Origin: Phycisphaerales bacterium
Lineage (GTDB): Bacteria; Planctomycetota; UBA1135; UBA2386
Direction of reading: 5' to 3'
Assembly (NCBI GenBank): GCA_020247305.1
Contig: JADCJE010000008.1
Span: forward strand, 157,016-221,015
Length of the DNA: 64,000 nt
Of the stretch, positions 21,185-30,629 are shown one piece after another. Positions within the stretch are counted from its first letter, which is position 1. Each line of letters begins with the position of its first letter. The notes under the pieces were generated by a model. That model was not told the origin of the DNA and made no database searches. It worked only from the letters and a program-made list of their open reading frames with translations. Both the position numbers and the translations under genes were made by a program.

Positions 21185-21650
21185 GACCGCCCTCCCGCTT
21201 CTTCTCCAGCATGGGCTTGAGCTCCTCGAGGAACTGCGTGACGTCCTTGAACTCGCGGTAGACCGACGCGAAACGGACGTACGCAACCTGATCGAGTTGC
21301 CTCAGCTCCTGCATGATGAGGTTGCCGATCACCTTGCTCGGCACCTCCTTGTCGAAGGCCTCCATGCACTGGCGTTCGATGCGGTCGGCGATCGACTCGA
21401 GTTGTTCGAGCGACACCGGCCGTTTCTCGCACGCGCGCAGCATGCCGCCGAGGACCTTCTGACGATCGAACGCGACGCGCTCGCCGTCCTTCTTCACCAC
21501 GCGCAACGGCGCCGTCTCCGTGCGTTCGTACGTCGTGTAACGACGAGCGCAGTCCGCGCAGACGCGGCGACGACGGATCGCGAAGCCGTCCGCGCTGGCG
21601 CGCGAATCGATGACGCGGTCGTTGTCGGCCTTGCAGTACGGACAGCGCAT
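21147..21650 (-). CDS. nrdR: transcriptional repressor NrdR
   Basis: MRCPYCKADNDRVIDSR...CADCARRYTTYER zinc ribbon followed by an ATP-cone (VVKKDGERVAFDRQKV...YVRFASVYREF). Confidence 0.95.
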   Translation of the reverse strand: MRCPYCKADNDRVIDSRASADGFAIRRRRVCADCARRYTTYERTETAPLRVVKKDGERVAFDRQKVLGGMLRACEKRPVSLEQLESIADRIERQCMEAFDKEVPSKVIGNLIMQELRQLDQVAYVRFASVYREFKDVTQFLEELKPMLEKKREGGHEAASGTSGPEA

Positions 21651-21896
21651 GGCAAATGAGACCGACCGGCAGCACCGTCACACACGGGCCCCGGCCAGGG
21701 GTTCTCGGCGGAGGTTCACCTGGCTGACCCCAGGCGGACCGACCCGCAGACGGCGCGACCATACGCACCCAAGCGGTTGTGTGTCAAAGGGTCTCGCCGT
21801 GGAAGATCCTGCACTGCCAAGGCTTCCGGCGAACGCCCCACGCCCGACCCCAGCTCGGGCGCATTGCCCGATCGGCCGCGGCCGGGCACAGCGGCA

Positions 21897-23210
21897 TCAC
21901 TTGCCCAAGCAGAAGCGCGCGTAGATGCGGTCGAGCAATTGCTCGGGCGAATGCGTCGGGCCGATGGCATCGAGCGCACGCAGTGCGGCCTGCAGGTCCA
22001 GCGCCGCGAGTTCCGCGCCGCCGGCGTTGGCGATCGCGCGGTCGAGACCAGCCAGGGCGTCGGCCAGCGCCTGCCGCAGCGGCCCACCGGCGTCGACGAC
22101 GCCCGCCGCTGCTGCGCGACCGAGGTGCATGCGCAAGGCGGCGACGCCCGCGCCGGTGCGCGCGCTGGTCGCGAACACCGGCGCGCCGGCGGTCCGTTCC
22201 GCCAGCGCGGGCGGCAGGTCGGGAACGGCGGCGAGGTCGCACTTGGTCACCGCGACGGCGACCACCGGCAACGCCGTCAGCAGCGCCGACGCCGGCGCGA
22301 CCGGCGCATCGGCGGCCAGCACCACGAGGCAACCGGCGGCGGCGCCGCCGAGCCGTTCGCGCAGCGCGAGCGCGGCGGCGTCGACCTCGCCGGGCGCGGC
22401 GAGGTCGCCGGGCGCGTCCCAGAGCACCCCGCCGCCGGGCAACGGCACGCGCACGAGGTCGCGCGTCGTGCCCGGCGCGGCGCCGACGATGGCGACCTCG
22501 GCTGCGGCCAGCGCGTTGGCGAGCGACGACTTGCCGGCATTGGCCGCGCCCAACAACAGCGCCTCGCCGCCCGGCCGCGCCGCCGGCACGGTCGCCAACA
22601 GCGCCGCAAGGTCGGGCCGCGCCCCGGCGAGCAGATCGCGCCAGCCAGCGGCGGCGAGGGCGCCGGCTTCGCCGTCGTCGAAGTCGAGGCCGGCTTCGAG
22701 CAGCGCCAGGGCGTCCTGGAGGCGACCGCGCAGGCGGCCCGCCGCGTCGGCCGACGCGCCGCTGAGCCAGGCGCGGGCATGCGCCGTCGCGCGCGCGTCC
22801 TCGGCGTGCAACAGCAGCAGCAGGCCCTCGGCGGCAGCGCCGTCCATCCGGCCGTTGCACACGGCGCGGGCGGTGAACTCACCGGCGACCGCGAGGCGTA
22901 CGCCGGTGGCTTCACCATCGGCGACGAGCGCTGCAAGCACAGCATCGACCAGGGCCATGCTGCCGGGAACGTGCAATTCGACCACGTCCTCGCCGGTGAA
23001 CGACGCCGGCCCCGGCATCGCGAGCGCCATCGCCGGCACGCGATGGCCGAGCACGTCGACGGCGCCGGCGACGGCGGCGCGCTGCCGCGGCAGCGCCGGC
23101 GTAAACACGCGTGCGGCGGCCGCGAACGCCTGCGGCCCGGAGACGCGCACGACGGCGCGCTCGCTGCCGCCCGCCGCCGACGCCCGCGCTGCGATCGTGT
23201 CGCCGAGCAT
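21897..23210 (-). CDS. mnmE: tRNA modification GTPase MnmE
   Basis: From internal Met MLGDTIAARASAAGGSERAVVRVSG of ORF 21897..23897. G motifs: GAANAGKSSL, PGTTRD, DAPG, TKCD. C-terminal CLGK. Confidence 0.85.
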   Translation of the reverse strand: MLGDTIAARASAAGGSERAVVRVSGPQAFAAAARVFTPALPRQRAAVAGAVDVLGHRVPAMALAMPGPASFTGEDVVELHVPGSMALVDAVLAALVADGEATGVRLAVAGEFTARAVCNGRMDGAAAEGLLLLLHAEDARATAHARAWLSGASADAAGRLRGRLQDALALLEAGLDFDDGEAGALAAAGWRDLLAGARPDLAALLATVPAARPGGEALLLGAANAGKSSLANALAAAEVAIVGAAPGTTRDLVRVPLPGGGVLWDAPGDLAAPGEVDAAALALRERLGGAAAGCLVVLAADAPVAPASALLTALPVVAVAVTKCDLAAVPDLPPALAERTAGAPVFATSARTGAGVAALRMHLGRAAAAGVVDAGGPLRQALADALAGLDRAIANAGGAELAALDLQAALRALDAIGPTHSPEQLLDRIYARFCLGK

Positions 23211-23212
23211 GC

Positions 23213-24478
23213 TCAGGCGTGCAGACCGGCGAGCCGCCCGGTGGCGAACGCCGCCTGGAAGTTGAAGCCGCCGATCGGGCCGTCGACGTCGAGCAGCTCG
23301 CCGCACACGAACAGCCCCGGCCGCACCTTGCTCTGCATCGTGCGCGCGTCGATCTCGCCGAGCGCGACGCCGCCGCGCGTGACCTCCGCGTGGTCGTAGC
23401 CGAGGCTCCTGGCGACGGGAACGACTAGGTTTTTGGTGGCGGCGACGAGCGCGCGGCGCTGCGGCCGCGGCCAGTTGGCCAACAGGACGTCGCCGCCGGC
23501 GTGCGCGCACAGCGCCGCGCGCACGCGCTCGGGCAGGGCCGCCGGCAGCACGCTGCTGGCGCGGCGGCCGCCGTGCGCCGCGGCCAGTGCCAGCCACTCG
23601 GCCTCCAGTTCGTCGTCGCGGCGGTCCGGCGCGAAGTCGAAGCGCACGGCGGCCGCGCCATGCGCTTCCTCGACGTCGCCGGCGAGGTCCATCGGGGCCG
23701 GGCCCGACAGGCCCTTGTGCGTGAACAGGATCGGCCGGACGCGCGTCGTCACCGGCCGCCGCGCGGCGTCGAGCGACGTCAGCGCGACGCCGTGCAGCAC
23801 GATGCCCTGCAGTTCGCGCACCCATGGCTCGGCGACGGCGAGCGGCGCCAGCGCGGGCCACGTCGCAGTGACCGTGTGGCCGAGCGCCCGGCACCACGGA
23901 TAGCCGTCGCCGGTCGCACCGGTCTTGGGATAGCTCAAGCCGCCGGTCGCCAGCACGACGCTCGCCGCCTGCACGTCGCCGCGATCGGTGCGCACGGTGA
24001 AGCCGCCGCCCGCGTGCGCCGCGACGTCGCGCACCGGCGTGCCGAGCGCCAACCGGGCGCCGGATTGCGCCAACACCCGCAGCAGGGCGTCGACGACGTC
24101 GCGCGCCTTCTGGCTGACGGGGAAGAGTTTGTCGAGGTCCTCCTCCTGCAGCGGCACGCCGGCCTGCTCGACGAAAGCGCGCAGCGCCTTCGGCGGGAAC
24201 GCGCGCAGAGCGTGCCGCAGGAAGCGGCCGCGGGCCGCGCCGTACTGCGCTTCGAGGTCCGACCCGGCGCGCGTGGTCGTCAGATTGCAGCGCCCGCCGC
24301 CGCTGATCAGGATCTTGAGCCCGGGGCGCTGCTGCTTCTCCAGCAGCAGCGTGCGGCGGCCGCGCCGGCTGGCCTGGATGGCGGCCATCAAGCCGGCAGC
24401 GCCGGCCCCGACGACGACCACGTCGACGTCGGACGGCAGCGCCGGGGCACCGTCGCGCTCACGCCGCGGTGCGTCCAT
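23213..24478 (-). CDS. HI0933/BaiN-family FAD-dependent flavoprotein
   Basis: VVVVGAGAAGLMAA dinucleotide fold, family signature ISGGGRCNLT, C-terminal GELLDVDGPIGGFNFQ. Confidence 0.9.
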   Translation of the reverse strand: MDAPRRERDGAPALPSDVDVVVVGAGAAGLMAAIQASRRGRRTLLLEKQQRPGLKILISGGGRCNLTTTRAGSDLEAQYGAARGRFLRHALRAFPPKALRAFVEQAGVPLQEEDLDKLFPVSQKARDVVDALLRVLAQSGARLALGTPVRDVAAHAGGGFTVRTDRGDVQAASVVLATGGLSYPKTGATGDGYPWCRALGHTVTATWPALAPLAVAEPWVRELQGIVLHGVALTSLDAARRPVTTRVRPILFTHKGLSGPAPMDLAGDVEEAHGAAAVRFDFAPDRRDDELEAEWLALAAAHGGRRASSVLPAALPERVRAALCAHAGGDVLLANWPRPQRRALVAATKNLVVPVARSLGYDHAEVTRGGVALGEIDARTMQSKVRPGLFVCGELLDVDGPIGGFNFQAAFATGRLAGLHA

Positions 24479-24496
24479 GCCGGCGCGGCGGGGCGA

Positions 24497-24676
24497 TCAG
24501 CCCTTCGCCGACTTGGCGGCGGCCGTCTTGGCGTCGGCCGACTCGGTCTCGGTGATGCGCAGCACCGGGCGGCTGCCCTGGGTCTCGCGGTTGTTCTCGG
24601 TGTAGCCCTTGCCGAGCTTCTTGCGCTTGAAGGTGCCGCGACGCGGACCACCGTGCTTGCGACGGGAACGTGCCAT
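24497..24676 (-). CDS. hypothetical 59-aa highly basic protein (not in ORF track, below size cutoff)
   Basis: Reverse translation gives MARSRRKHGGPRRGTFKRKKLGKGYTENNRETQGSRPVLRITETESADAKTAAAKSAKG. It lies 53 nt downstream of rplC on the same strand. It uses CGT/GGT codons, which also appear in rplC. Confidence 0.5.
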   Translation of the reverse strand: MARSRRKHGGPRRGTFKRKKLGKGYTENNRETQGSRPVLRITETESADAKTAAAKSAKG

Positions 24677-24729
24677 GGGATGACTCTGTGGGATGCGGTT
24701 GGGGTTGGGTGGGGATCAGCGCGCGCGGC

Positions 24730-25542
24730 TCACTTCTTTCCGCCCTTCGCGGCCATCGCCTTCTGGGCGGCGGCGCGCACGACCAGGCCGGGCTTGAACT
24801 CGACCTTGCGCTCGTTCTTGACCGTCTTCTTGAGGGTCAGGTAGCCGTTGACGTGGCCCGGGACCGCGCCCTTCAGGTAGACGAGGTTGCGCTCGCTGTC
24901 GATCTTGACAACCTCGAGGCGCTGCATCGTCACCTGCTCGACGCCGTAGTGACCGGCCATGCGCTTGCCCTTCGGCACGCCGCTGCTGATCGAGTGCTGG
25001 CGACCGAGGCCACCACCGGTGCGGTGGTTGAGCGAGTTGCCGTGCGACGTCGGCTGGCGGCTGAAGTTGTAGCGCTTGATCGTGCCGGCCCAGCCGCGAC
25101 CCTTGGTCACGCCGGTGACGTCGACGAACTTGACGCCGTCGAGCACGCCGACCTTCACCTCGTCGCCCGGCTTCTGCGCCGGCGCGGCGTCGAGACGGAA
25201 CTCCTTGACGCAGCGCATGGCGTGGTCGAGGCCCGCCTTCTTGTAGTTGCCCATCTCGGCGCCGGTGACCGTGCGCGCCGGCCGCGGGTCGAAGCCCAGC
25301 TGCACGGCGTAGTAGCCGTCGCCGGCCTTGGCGCGCGCGATCTTGCCGCGCTTCTTGCCGAGGTTCTGGTTGACCTGGCGATGGCCCTCGGGGTGCTCGG
25401 CCGCGGTCGCCATCTTGATGGCGAGGACCTTGCAGGGGCCGGCTTGGACGACGGTGACGGGGATGCAGTTGCCGTCGGGATTGAAGATCTGGGTCATCCC
25501 CAGCTTCTTGCCGAGGATTCCGATGGTACGGGTACCGGTCAT
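24730..25542 (-). CDS. rplC: 50S ribosomal protein L3 (long form, ~270 aa)
   Basis: From internal Met MTGTRTIGILGKKLGMTQIF of ORF 24730..25737. Motifs: VDVTGVTKGRGWAGTIKRYNF, SHGNSLNHRTGG, KGKRMAGHYG, YLKGAVPG. It has an internal ~25-aa insertion and a Lys-rich C-terminal tail. Confidence 0.92.
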   Translation of the reverse strand: MTGTRTIGILGKKLGMTQIFNPDGNCIPVTVVQAGPCKVLAIKMATAAEHPEGHRQVNQNLGKKRGKIARAKAGDGYYAVQLGFDPRPARTVTGAEMGNYKKAGLDHAMRCVKEFRLDAAPAQKPGDEVKVGVLDGVKFVDVTGVTKGRGWAGTIKRYNFSRQPTSHGNSLNHRTGGGLGRQHSISSGVPKGKRMAGHYGVEQVTMQRLEVVKIDSERNLVYLKGAVPGHVNGYLTLKKTVKNERKVEFKPGLVVRAAAQKAMAAKGGKK

Positions 25543-25781
25543 GGCGATCGTGCGGATGCGACGCCGCAGGCGGCGTCTGGTCAGGTGCGAAGAGGTCGGC
25601 GTCGGATCGCACGTGGCGCCGGCGCATACATTCGCTGTTTGGGGGCGGGAACGGTACGGACCGTCGCGCGCTGACGCAAGGGTCGGGTATCGCCCGCCCG
25701 CCCCGACCGGCTGGACCAGGACCGCCCCGACACCCACGCGACGGTCGATCGCACGGGCGCAACGACCCCGCCCACCCTAAG

Positions 25782-27002
25782 GTGCGCGGCGTGAACGACG
25801 ACCGCCGCCGCCGCCTGCTGGCCTTGGCCGATCGCCTGGGTACGCCCTGCTTCGTGTACTTCCTCGACGAGGCGCGGGCGCGCATCGCCGCGGTGCGGCA
25901 GGCCTTCGGCGGCGCCTTCGCGATCACCTACGCCATCAAGGCCAACCCCGCCCCCGCCCTGCTGCGCGGCCTGCGCGACGCCGTCGACGGCATGGACGTC
26001 AGTTCGGGCGGCGAGTTGGCACGGGCGCTCGCCGCCGGCTGTCCAGCCGCGGCGATCCACTTCACCGGTCCCGGCAAACGCACGGCGGAACTCGCCGCCG
26101 CGGTCGCCGCCGGCGTCGGCGCCGTCGTGCTCGAATCGCGCGAGGAAGCCGCCGTGCTCGCCGACCTCGCGCGCGCCGCGGGCGTCCGCCAACGCGTGCT
26201 CGTCCGCATCGCGCCCGACCGCGTGCCCGCCGGCTTCGGCGACACCATGAGCGGCAAGCCGGTCGCGTTCGGCATCGACGAAGAGGACGTGCCGGCGTTC
26301 CTCGCCGACCTGCGGCGCCGGCCCGAACTCGCGCTGGCCGGCTTCCACGCCTACTCCGGCACGCAGTGCCTCAAGCCCGACGCGATCGCCGCCAACTGGG
26401 CGATCTTCGCGCGCGTGTTCGCCGCCGCGGCCGACGCCGCCGGCACGTCGCCGGAGCAGTTGGTGCTCGGCGCCGGCCTCGGCCTTGCCTACCACGACGA
26501 CCAGCGGCCGCTCGACCTCGCCGAGGTCGCCCGCCACGCTGCGCCGGTGCTCGCCGACCTGCGCGCGCGCTTCCCGCGGGCGCAGCTGGCGTTGGAGACC
26601 GGCCGCTACCTCGTCGGCGACGCCGGCGCGTACCTGCTGCGCGTGCTGCGCACCAAGGACTCGCGCGGCGTGCGCATCGGCATCTGCGACGGCGGCTTCC
26701 ACCACCACCTCGCCGCCGCAGGCATGTTCGGCATGGTGCTCAAGCGCAACTTCCGGTTGGCGAACGTCAGCGTCGCCGACGGTCCCGCCGCCGGCACGTT
26801 CCAACTCTCCGGTCCGCTGTGCACGTCGCTCGACGTGCTCGGCCGCGCCGTGCCGCTGCCGCGGCTGCAACAAGGCGACGTGATCGCGATTGCAGCCAGC
26901 GGCGCGTACGGACCGACGGCGAGTCCGACGGGGTTCCTGTCGCATCCGCCCGCTGGCGAATGGCTCGTCGACGGCGATCAGATCGTCGACGCGCGCGCCT
27001 GA
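25782..27002 (+). CDS. fold-type III PLP-dependent decarboxylase (Orn/DAP/Arg decarboxylase family 2, LysA-like)
   Basis: YAIKANP (PLP lysine), HAYSGTQ, ETGRYLVGDAG, GPLCTSLDVLG. 406 aa. Confidence 0.85.
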   Translation: MRGVNDDRRRRLLALADRLGTPCFVYFLDEARARIAAVRQAFGGAFAITYAIKANPAPALLRGLRDAVDGMDVSSGGELARALAAGCPAAAIHFTGPGKRTAELAAAVAAGVGAVVLESREEAAVLADLARAAGVRQRVLVRIAPDRVPAGFGDTMSGKPVAFGIDEEDVPAFLADLRRRPELALAGFHAYSGTQCLKPDAIAANWAIFARVFAAAADAAGTSPEQLVLGAGLGLAYHDDQRPLDLAEVARHAAPVLADLRARFPRAQLALETGRYLVGDAGAYLLRVLRTKDSRGVRIGICDGGFHHHLAAAGMFGMVLKRNFRLANVSVADGPAAGTFQLSGPLCTSLDVLGRAVPLPRLQQGDVIAIAASGAYGPTASPTGFLSHPPAGEWLVDGDQIVDARA

Positions 27003-27043
27003 CGGCGCGAACCGACGCGCGATCCTGCACCCGCGGCGCGCGC

Positions 27044-28630
27044 TCAGCGCACGAACGCGCGCAACGCCACCGCGGCAAGCGCCAGCAGCACGCACCACGG
27101 CGCGAGGTCGAGCTCCGGCGTCGCGAACGGCGGCAGCGCCACGTCGTCACCCAACGCAGCGACGCGCAGATCGCGCTCGCCGGCAGGCGGCTGCTCGCTG
27201 CGCACGCGCGGCGCAGCACCTTCGCCGTAGCTGCGCACGAAGGCGCGGCGCAGCAACTGCGGGAACGCCGCCAGCAGCGGCAGATTGCCGTCCTGCAGCC
27301 GGAACGCGAAGTGCACCGACGCAATGCCGCCAGTGCCGGCGACGACGACGGCGAGGGGCGTGCGTACGCCGGCGTCGTCGGCCCACAGGAACGGCTCCCC
27401 CGCCGGCAGCACGCCGCGCCATGCCCGCTGCAGGCGCAGCTCGGAAAGGTCGAGGCCCCTCGTCAGCGCGCCCTGACGGTCCCAATCGGCGACGACGGGC
27501 ATCGGCCACGCCGTCGCTTCGGCCGCGCCGCGCATGCGTGCGCCGAACGCGACCGCGCGCGCCGCCCCGGGCGCGAGGTCGATCGCGCCGCCCTCGACGA
27601 GCACGACGCCGACCGGTTGGTCGCCGGCGGCGGCGACGACGCTGCCGCCGACCTCGGCCGCGAGTGCTTCGGCGGCGACCGCCGCAAACGGGCCGGCTTC
27701 GGCGTCGGCGAGCACGGCGATGCGCGGCGCTGGCAGCGGCGGCAGTTCGGCGCGCCAGACGTCGTCGCCAGCGAGCACGTCACCAGGCAGTTCGATGCGC
27801 ACCCCCAACTCGCCGCCGGCGGCGAGCCGTTCGAGCGCGAAGACCTCGGTGCGCACGGCCGACGGCGCAAGTTCGACGGCCCGTTCGCTCGGCGCCGCGA
27901 TCGCGCCGCTGACGCGCAGCGCGGCGATCCCCGGCGCATCGACGAAGGCGGCGACGTCGACCTCGAGGTCGAGCGCCGGCAGCGGCCAGCGGTCGACGAG
28001 GCGCACGGCGAGCACCGCGGCGTTGCTGCCGGCAGCGCGCAGCACCGTGCGCGCGCCTGCGGTCGGCAGCGGACGGCCGCCTTGGCCGTCGGTCAGCGTC
28101 CAAACGGCCGCGCCCGGCTGCCGGCCGGCGTCGGCGGCTAGCGTGGCGAGATCGGCGTCGAGTTCCCCCGCCGGGTCGCCGAGGTCGTGCAGCGCGCGGG
28201 CCGACGCGCCATGTCGGCGCAGCAGCGGGCCGCCGGCGCGCAGCAGCGTGACTTCGACGTCGGCGGGCACGGTCGGCAACGTCGTGCGCAGCGCGTCGGT
28301 CGCGCGCGCCCAGGCGGTGCGGCCGTCCGGGCCGCGCGCCGCCATGCTGGCGGACGCGTCGAGCACGACGACGAGGCGCGACGGCCCTGGTTCACCCGGC
28401 ACGGTCGGACCCGCGAACGCGAGCGCGGCGAACGCCGCGGCCAGCGCGAGCAGCAGGAAGCGCCAGCGCGACCAGCGCGGCGGCCGCCGACGCAGTGCGG
28501 CCAACGCCAACTGCCACTGCTGCAGGTGCGGCGTCAGCACGGCGGTCTGCGGGCGGCTCGGCAGCGACAGCCACCACAGCACCGGCACGACGAGCAGCGC
28601 CAGCAGCCGCCAGGGTTCGGCAAGCGTCAC
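27044..28630 (-). CDS. BatA-like aerotolerance-regulator N-terminal domain / VWA-domain membrane protein
   Basis: GTG start (VTLAEPWRLLALLVVPVLWWLSLP) overlaps the DUF58 stop by 4 nt. It has a MIDAS motif VVVLDASASM and a C-terminal TM helix. The upstream 464 codons of ORF 27044..30022 are out-of-frame read-through of neighbouring genes. Confidence 0.8.
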   Translation of the reverse strand: MTLAEPWRLLALLVVPVLWWLSLPSRPQTAVLTPHLQQWQLALAALRRRPPRWSRWRFLLLALAAAFAALAFAGPTVPGEPGPSRLVVVLDASASMAARGPDGRTAWARATDALRTTLPTVPADVEVTLLRAGGPLLRRHGASARALHDLGDPAGELDADLATLAADAGRQPGAAVWTLTDGQGGRPLPTAGARTVLRAAGSNAAVLAVRLVDRWPLPALDLEVDVAAFVDAPGIAALRVSGAIAAPSERAVELAPSAVRTEVFALERLAAGGELGVRIELPGDVLAGDDVWRAELPPLPAPRIAVLADAEAGPFAAVAAEALAAEVGGSVVAAAGDQPVGVVLVEGGAIDLAPGAARAVAFGARMRGAAEATAWPMPVVADWDRQGALTRGLDLSELRLQRAWRGVLPAGEPFLWADDAGVRTPLAVVVAGTGGIASVHFAFRLQDGNLPLLAAFPQLLRRAFVRSYGEGAAPRVRSEQPPAGERDLRVAALGDDVALPPFATPELDLAPWCVLLALAAVALRAFVR

Positions 28631-29532
28631 GGCTCGCACCTCGCGGCGAAGACGGCGAACGCGGCGGCCGAGTGGTCGTCGAGCGCGGGCGCGCGCCAGC
28701 GCACCAGCCGCGCGCCGGCCTGTGCGAACAGCCGGTCCTGGCGGGCTGCGAGCAGAGCGAGTTGGCGACGGAGCTCGGCGACGAACGCCTCGTCGACCGG
28801 CAGCGTCAGTTCCTCCCCGGTCTCGGGATCGGTTACGCGCAGGTACCCGGACGGCTGCGGCGCACGATCGGTGGGCAGTTCGGGCAGCCAGCCCGTGACG
28901 ACGGCGCCGCGGCGGCGCAGCGCGTGCAGCGGCCGTTCGCACGCGCTCGGCACGGCGAAGTCGGAGAACCAGTGCACGCGGCCAGGCAGGCCGCGCTGCA
29001 GCAGCAGCCCGACGGCGTCGCCGACGCCGGCAGCTACGACCGGCAGCGCGGCCAGGTGGGCCAGCAGTTCGGGCACGGCCGCGACGCCGGTGAAGGTGCG
29101 TTCGGCGAGCGCGCCAGCGCCGGGCGCGAGCACGGTCAGGCCGTCGAGTTGCGCCAGCGCGAAGCCGCCGACGACGGCTGCCCCGCGCAGCAGCGGCACG
29201 CGCCGCGGCGGCTCGCCGGCGTGCAGGCTGGCGGTCAGATCGAGCAACAGCGCCGCGGTGCGGCGCTGCTCCTGTTCGAGCTGCTTGACGTACAGCTGGC
29301 CCGTGCGCGCGTACGCCGACCAGTCGATGCGGCGCAGGTCGTCGCCGTGCTCGTACGGGCGATGGCCGACGAACGTGCCGCTCTGGCTGAGCACGCTGCG
29401 GCGCGCGCGCTGGCGCGCGTCCGGCGCGCCGCGGAAGCCGGCGCGCTGGCCGATGAGCGCGTGCAGCCGCTCGCGAAAGGCCGGCGGAAACGGCAGCGGC
29501 AACGCTGGCAGGCTCGGCGGGCGCGCGGCCAT
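28627..29532 (-). CDS. DUF58-domain protein
   Basis: HRPYEHGDDLRRIDWSAYARTGQLYVKQ is the DUF58 signature. The ATG at 29532 overlaps the upstream stop (TGATG); an alternative GTG lies at 29535. Confidence 0.85.
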   Translation of the reverse strand: MAARPPSLPALPLPFPPAFRERLHALIGQRAGFRGAPDARQRARRSVLSQSGTFVGHRPYEHGDDLRRIDWSAYARTGQLYVKQLEQEQRRTAALLLDLTASLHAGEPPRRVPLLRGAAVVGGFALAQLDGLTVLAPGAGALAERTFTGVAAVPELLAHLAALPVVAAGVGDAVGLLLQRGLPGRVHWFSDFAVPSACERPLHALRRRGAVVTGWLPELPTDRAPQPSGYLRVTDPETGEELTLPVDEAFVAELRRQLALLAARQDRLFAQAGARLVRWRAPALDDHSAAAFAVFAARCEP

Positions 29533-30575
29533 CACTTGCCCGCCTGCTGCAGGCGATCGAAGTAACGCTGCACGAACGGCCGTTCGGCCGCCGGCACGTG
29601 GCGCGTGCCGAGCGCTTGCTCGGCCGCGCGCGCGAACGTCTCGGGCCGCATCGGCGGCAGTTCGGGGCGCAAGTCGGCGCCGCCGACCGCCGTCGGCGCC
29701 GGGGCCTGTGGCGCCCCCTGCTCGATCTCGACGGCGCGCACCTTCGCGCGGCGCGTCGGTCCGTCGCCGACGAAGTCCGGCACGACGAAGCGCTGCTGCG
29801 CCGGCAATTCGAGCAGCGGCGCGGGTTCTTCCGGCGTGCCGTCGAGTGGCGGTTGGTCCTGACCCTGGGGCGGCGGCGGCACGGCGCCCTCGGCAGGCGG
29901 TCGCTGGCCGTCGTCAGGCGGTGCGGGCGAAGGCTCGCCGTCGCCTCGTCCCTCGCCCTGGCCAGAACCACCGCCAGCACCGCCGCCGAGGCTCGGCGCG
30001 TTGCTGCGACCACCGAGCACACCCGACCACGGCGGCGACAGCAGGTCGGCGACGATCCATGCGAGCAGCAGCAACAGCGCGAGCGGCAGCGCCCACAAGA
30101 GGCCGCCGAGCCGCCGGCGGCCGACGGCGGCCACCGCCCGAGGCGACAGGGCCGGCAACTTGCTGCGGACGTCGGCTTCGAGCCAAGCCGTCATCGCATC
30201 GGTGCGCGCGCCGCGGCGTTCGAGCCACGTCGCCAGTTCGTCGCCGACCTCGGCGAGCAGGCGCGGCGACGCCGCACCGCCGGCGGCTGCGGCAGCGACC
30301 TCGTCGCCGGCGAGCAGCTCCGCGTCGGGCGTGCGACCCGCGCGGCGAACGGCGGCGGCGGCGGCGACGGCGACCGCGAGCAGCGAAAACGCGGCGAGCC
30401 CCAAACGCCAAGCCGGCAGCAACCACGCCAACGCGAGCCCGGGCACGGCGAAGGCGAGCACGACGCGCACGGCGGCGTCCACGGCCGCCGCGCGCACGCG
30501 GCGGCGCCGCAGCGCCGCGGCGAACGCCTCGAGGTCGCCGAGCTCGTACTGCTGGATGGGCCACGCTGCCGCCAC
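29532..30575 (-). CDS. hypothetical membrane protein (4 predicted TM, Gly/Pro-rich spacer, conserved-looking C-terminus)
   Basis: ORF 29532..30575. TM helices: AVRVVLAFAVPGLALAWLL, LAAFSLLAVAVAAAAAV, LLWALPLALLLLLAWIVADLL. C-terminal ERPFVQRYFDRLQQ. Confidence 0.6.
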   Translation of the reverse strand: MAAAWPIQQYELGDLEAFAAALRRRRVRAAAVDAAVRVVLAFAVPGLALAWLLPAWRLGLAAFSLLAVAVAAAAAVRRAGRTPDAELLAGDEVAAAAAGGAASPRLLAEVGDELATWLERRGARTDAMTAWLEADVRSKLPALSPRAVAAVGRRRLGGLLWALPLALLLLLAWIVADLLSPPWSGVLGGRSNAPSLGGGAGGGSGQGEGRGDGEPSPAPPDDGQRPPAEGAVPPPPQGQDQPPLDGTPEEPAPLLELPAQQRFVVPDFVGDGPTRRAKVRAVEIEQGAPQAPAPTAVGGADLRPELPPMRPETFARAAEQALGTRHVPAAERPFVQRYFDRLQQAGK

Positions 30576-30629
30576 GGCGTCATCATGCGACGCCCGGGCA
30601 GCGATGCAAAGCCGGCGCGCGGCGCGACG

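Noticed and set aside
21651-21896. The 246-nt spacer upstream of nrdR, inspected for tRNA, SRP RNA or other small RNA genes
   Set aside because: I found no tRNA T-arm (GGTTCGAATCC-like) and no SRP helix-8 (GGAAGGAAGCAGCC-like) consensus. The other spacers longer than 140 nt (46784..47064, 56092..56348, 25543..25781) were also negative by eye. A covariance-model scan would be needed to be sure.
28631-30022. N-terminal 464 codons of ORF 27044..30022
   Set aside because: This stretch is an alternative frame of the DUF58 and upstream membrane-protein genes. The BatA-like protein begins at the GTG at 28630, where the family-typical N-terminus (LAEPWRLLALLVVPVLWW) starts.
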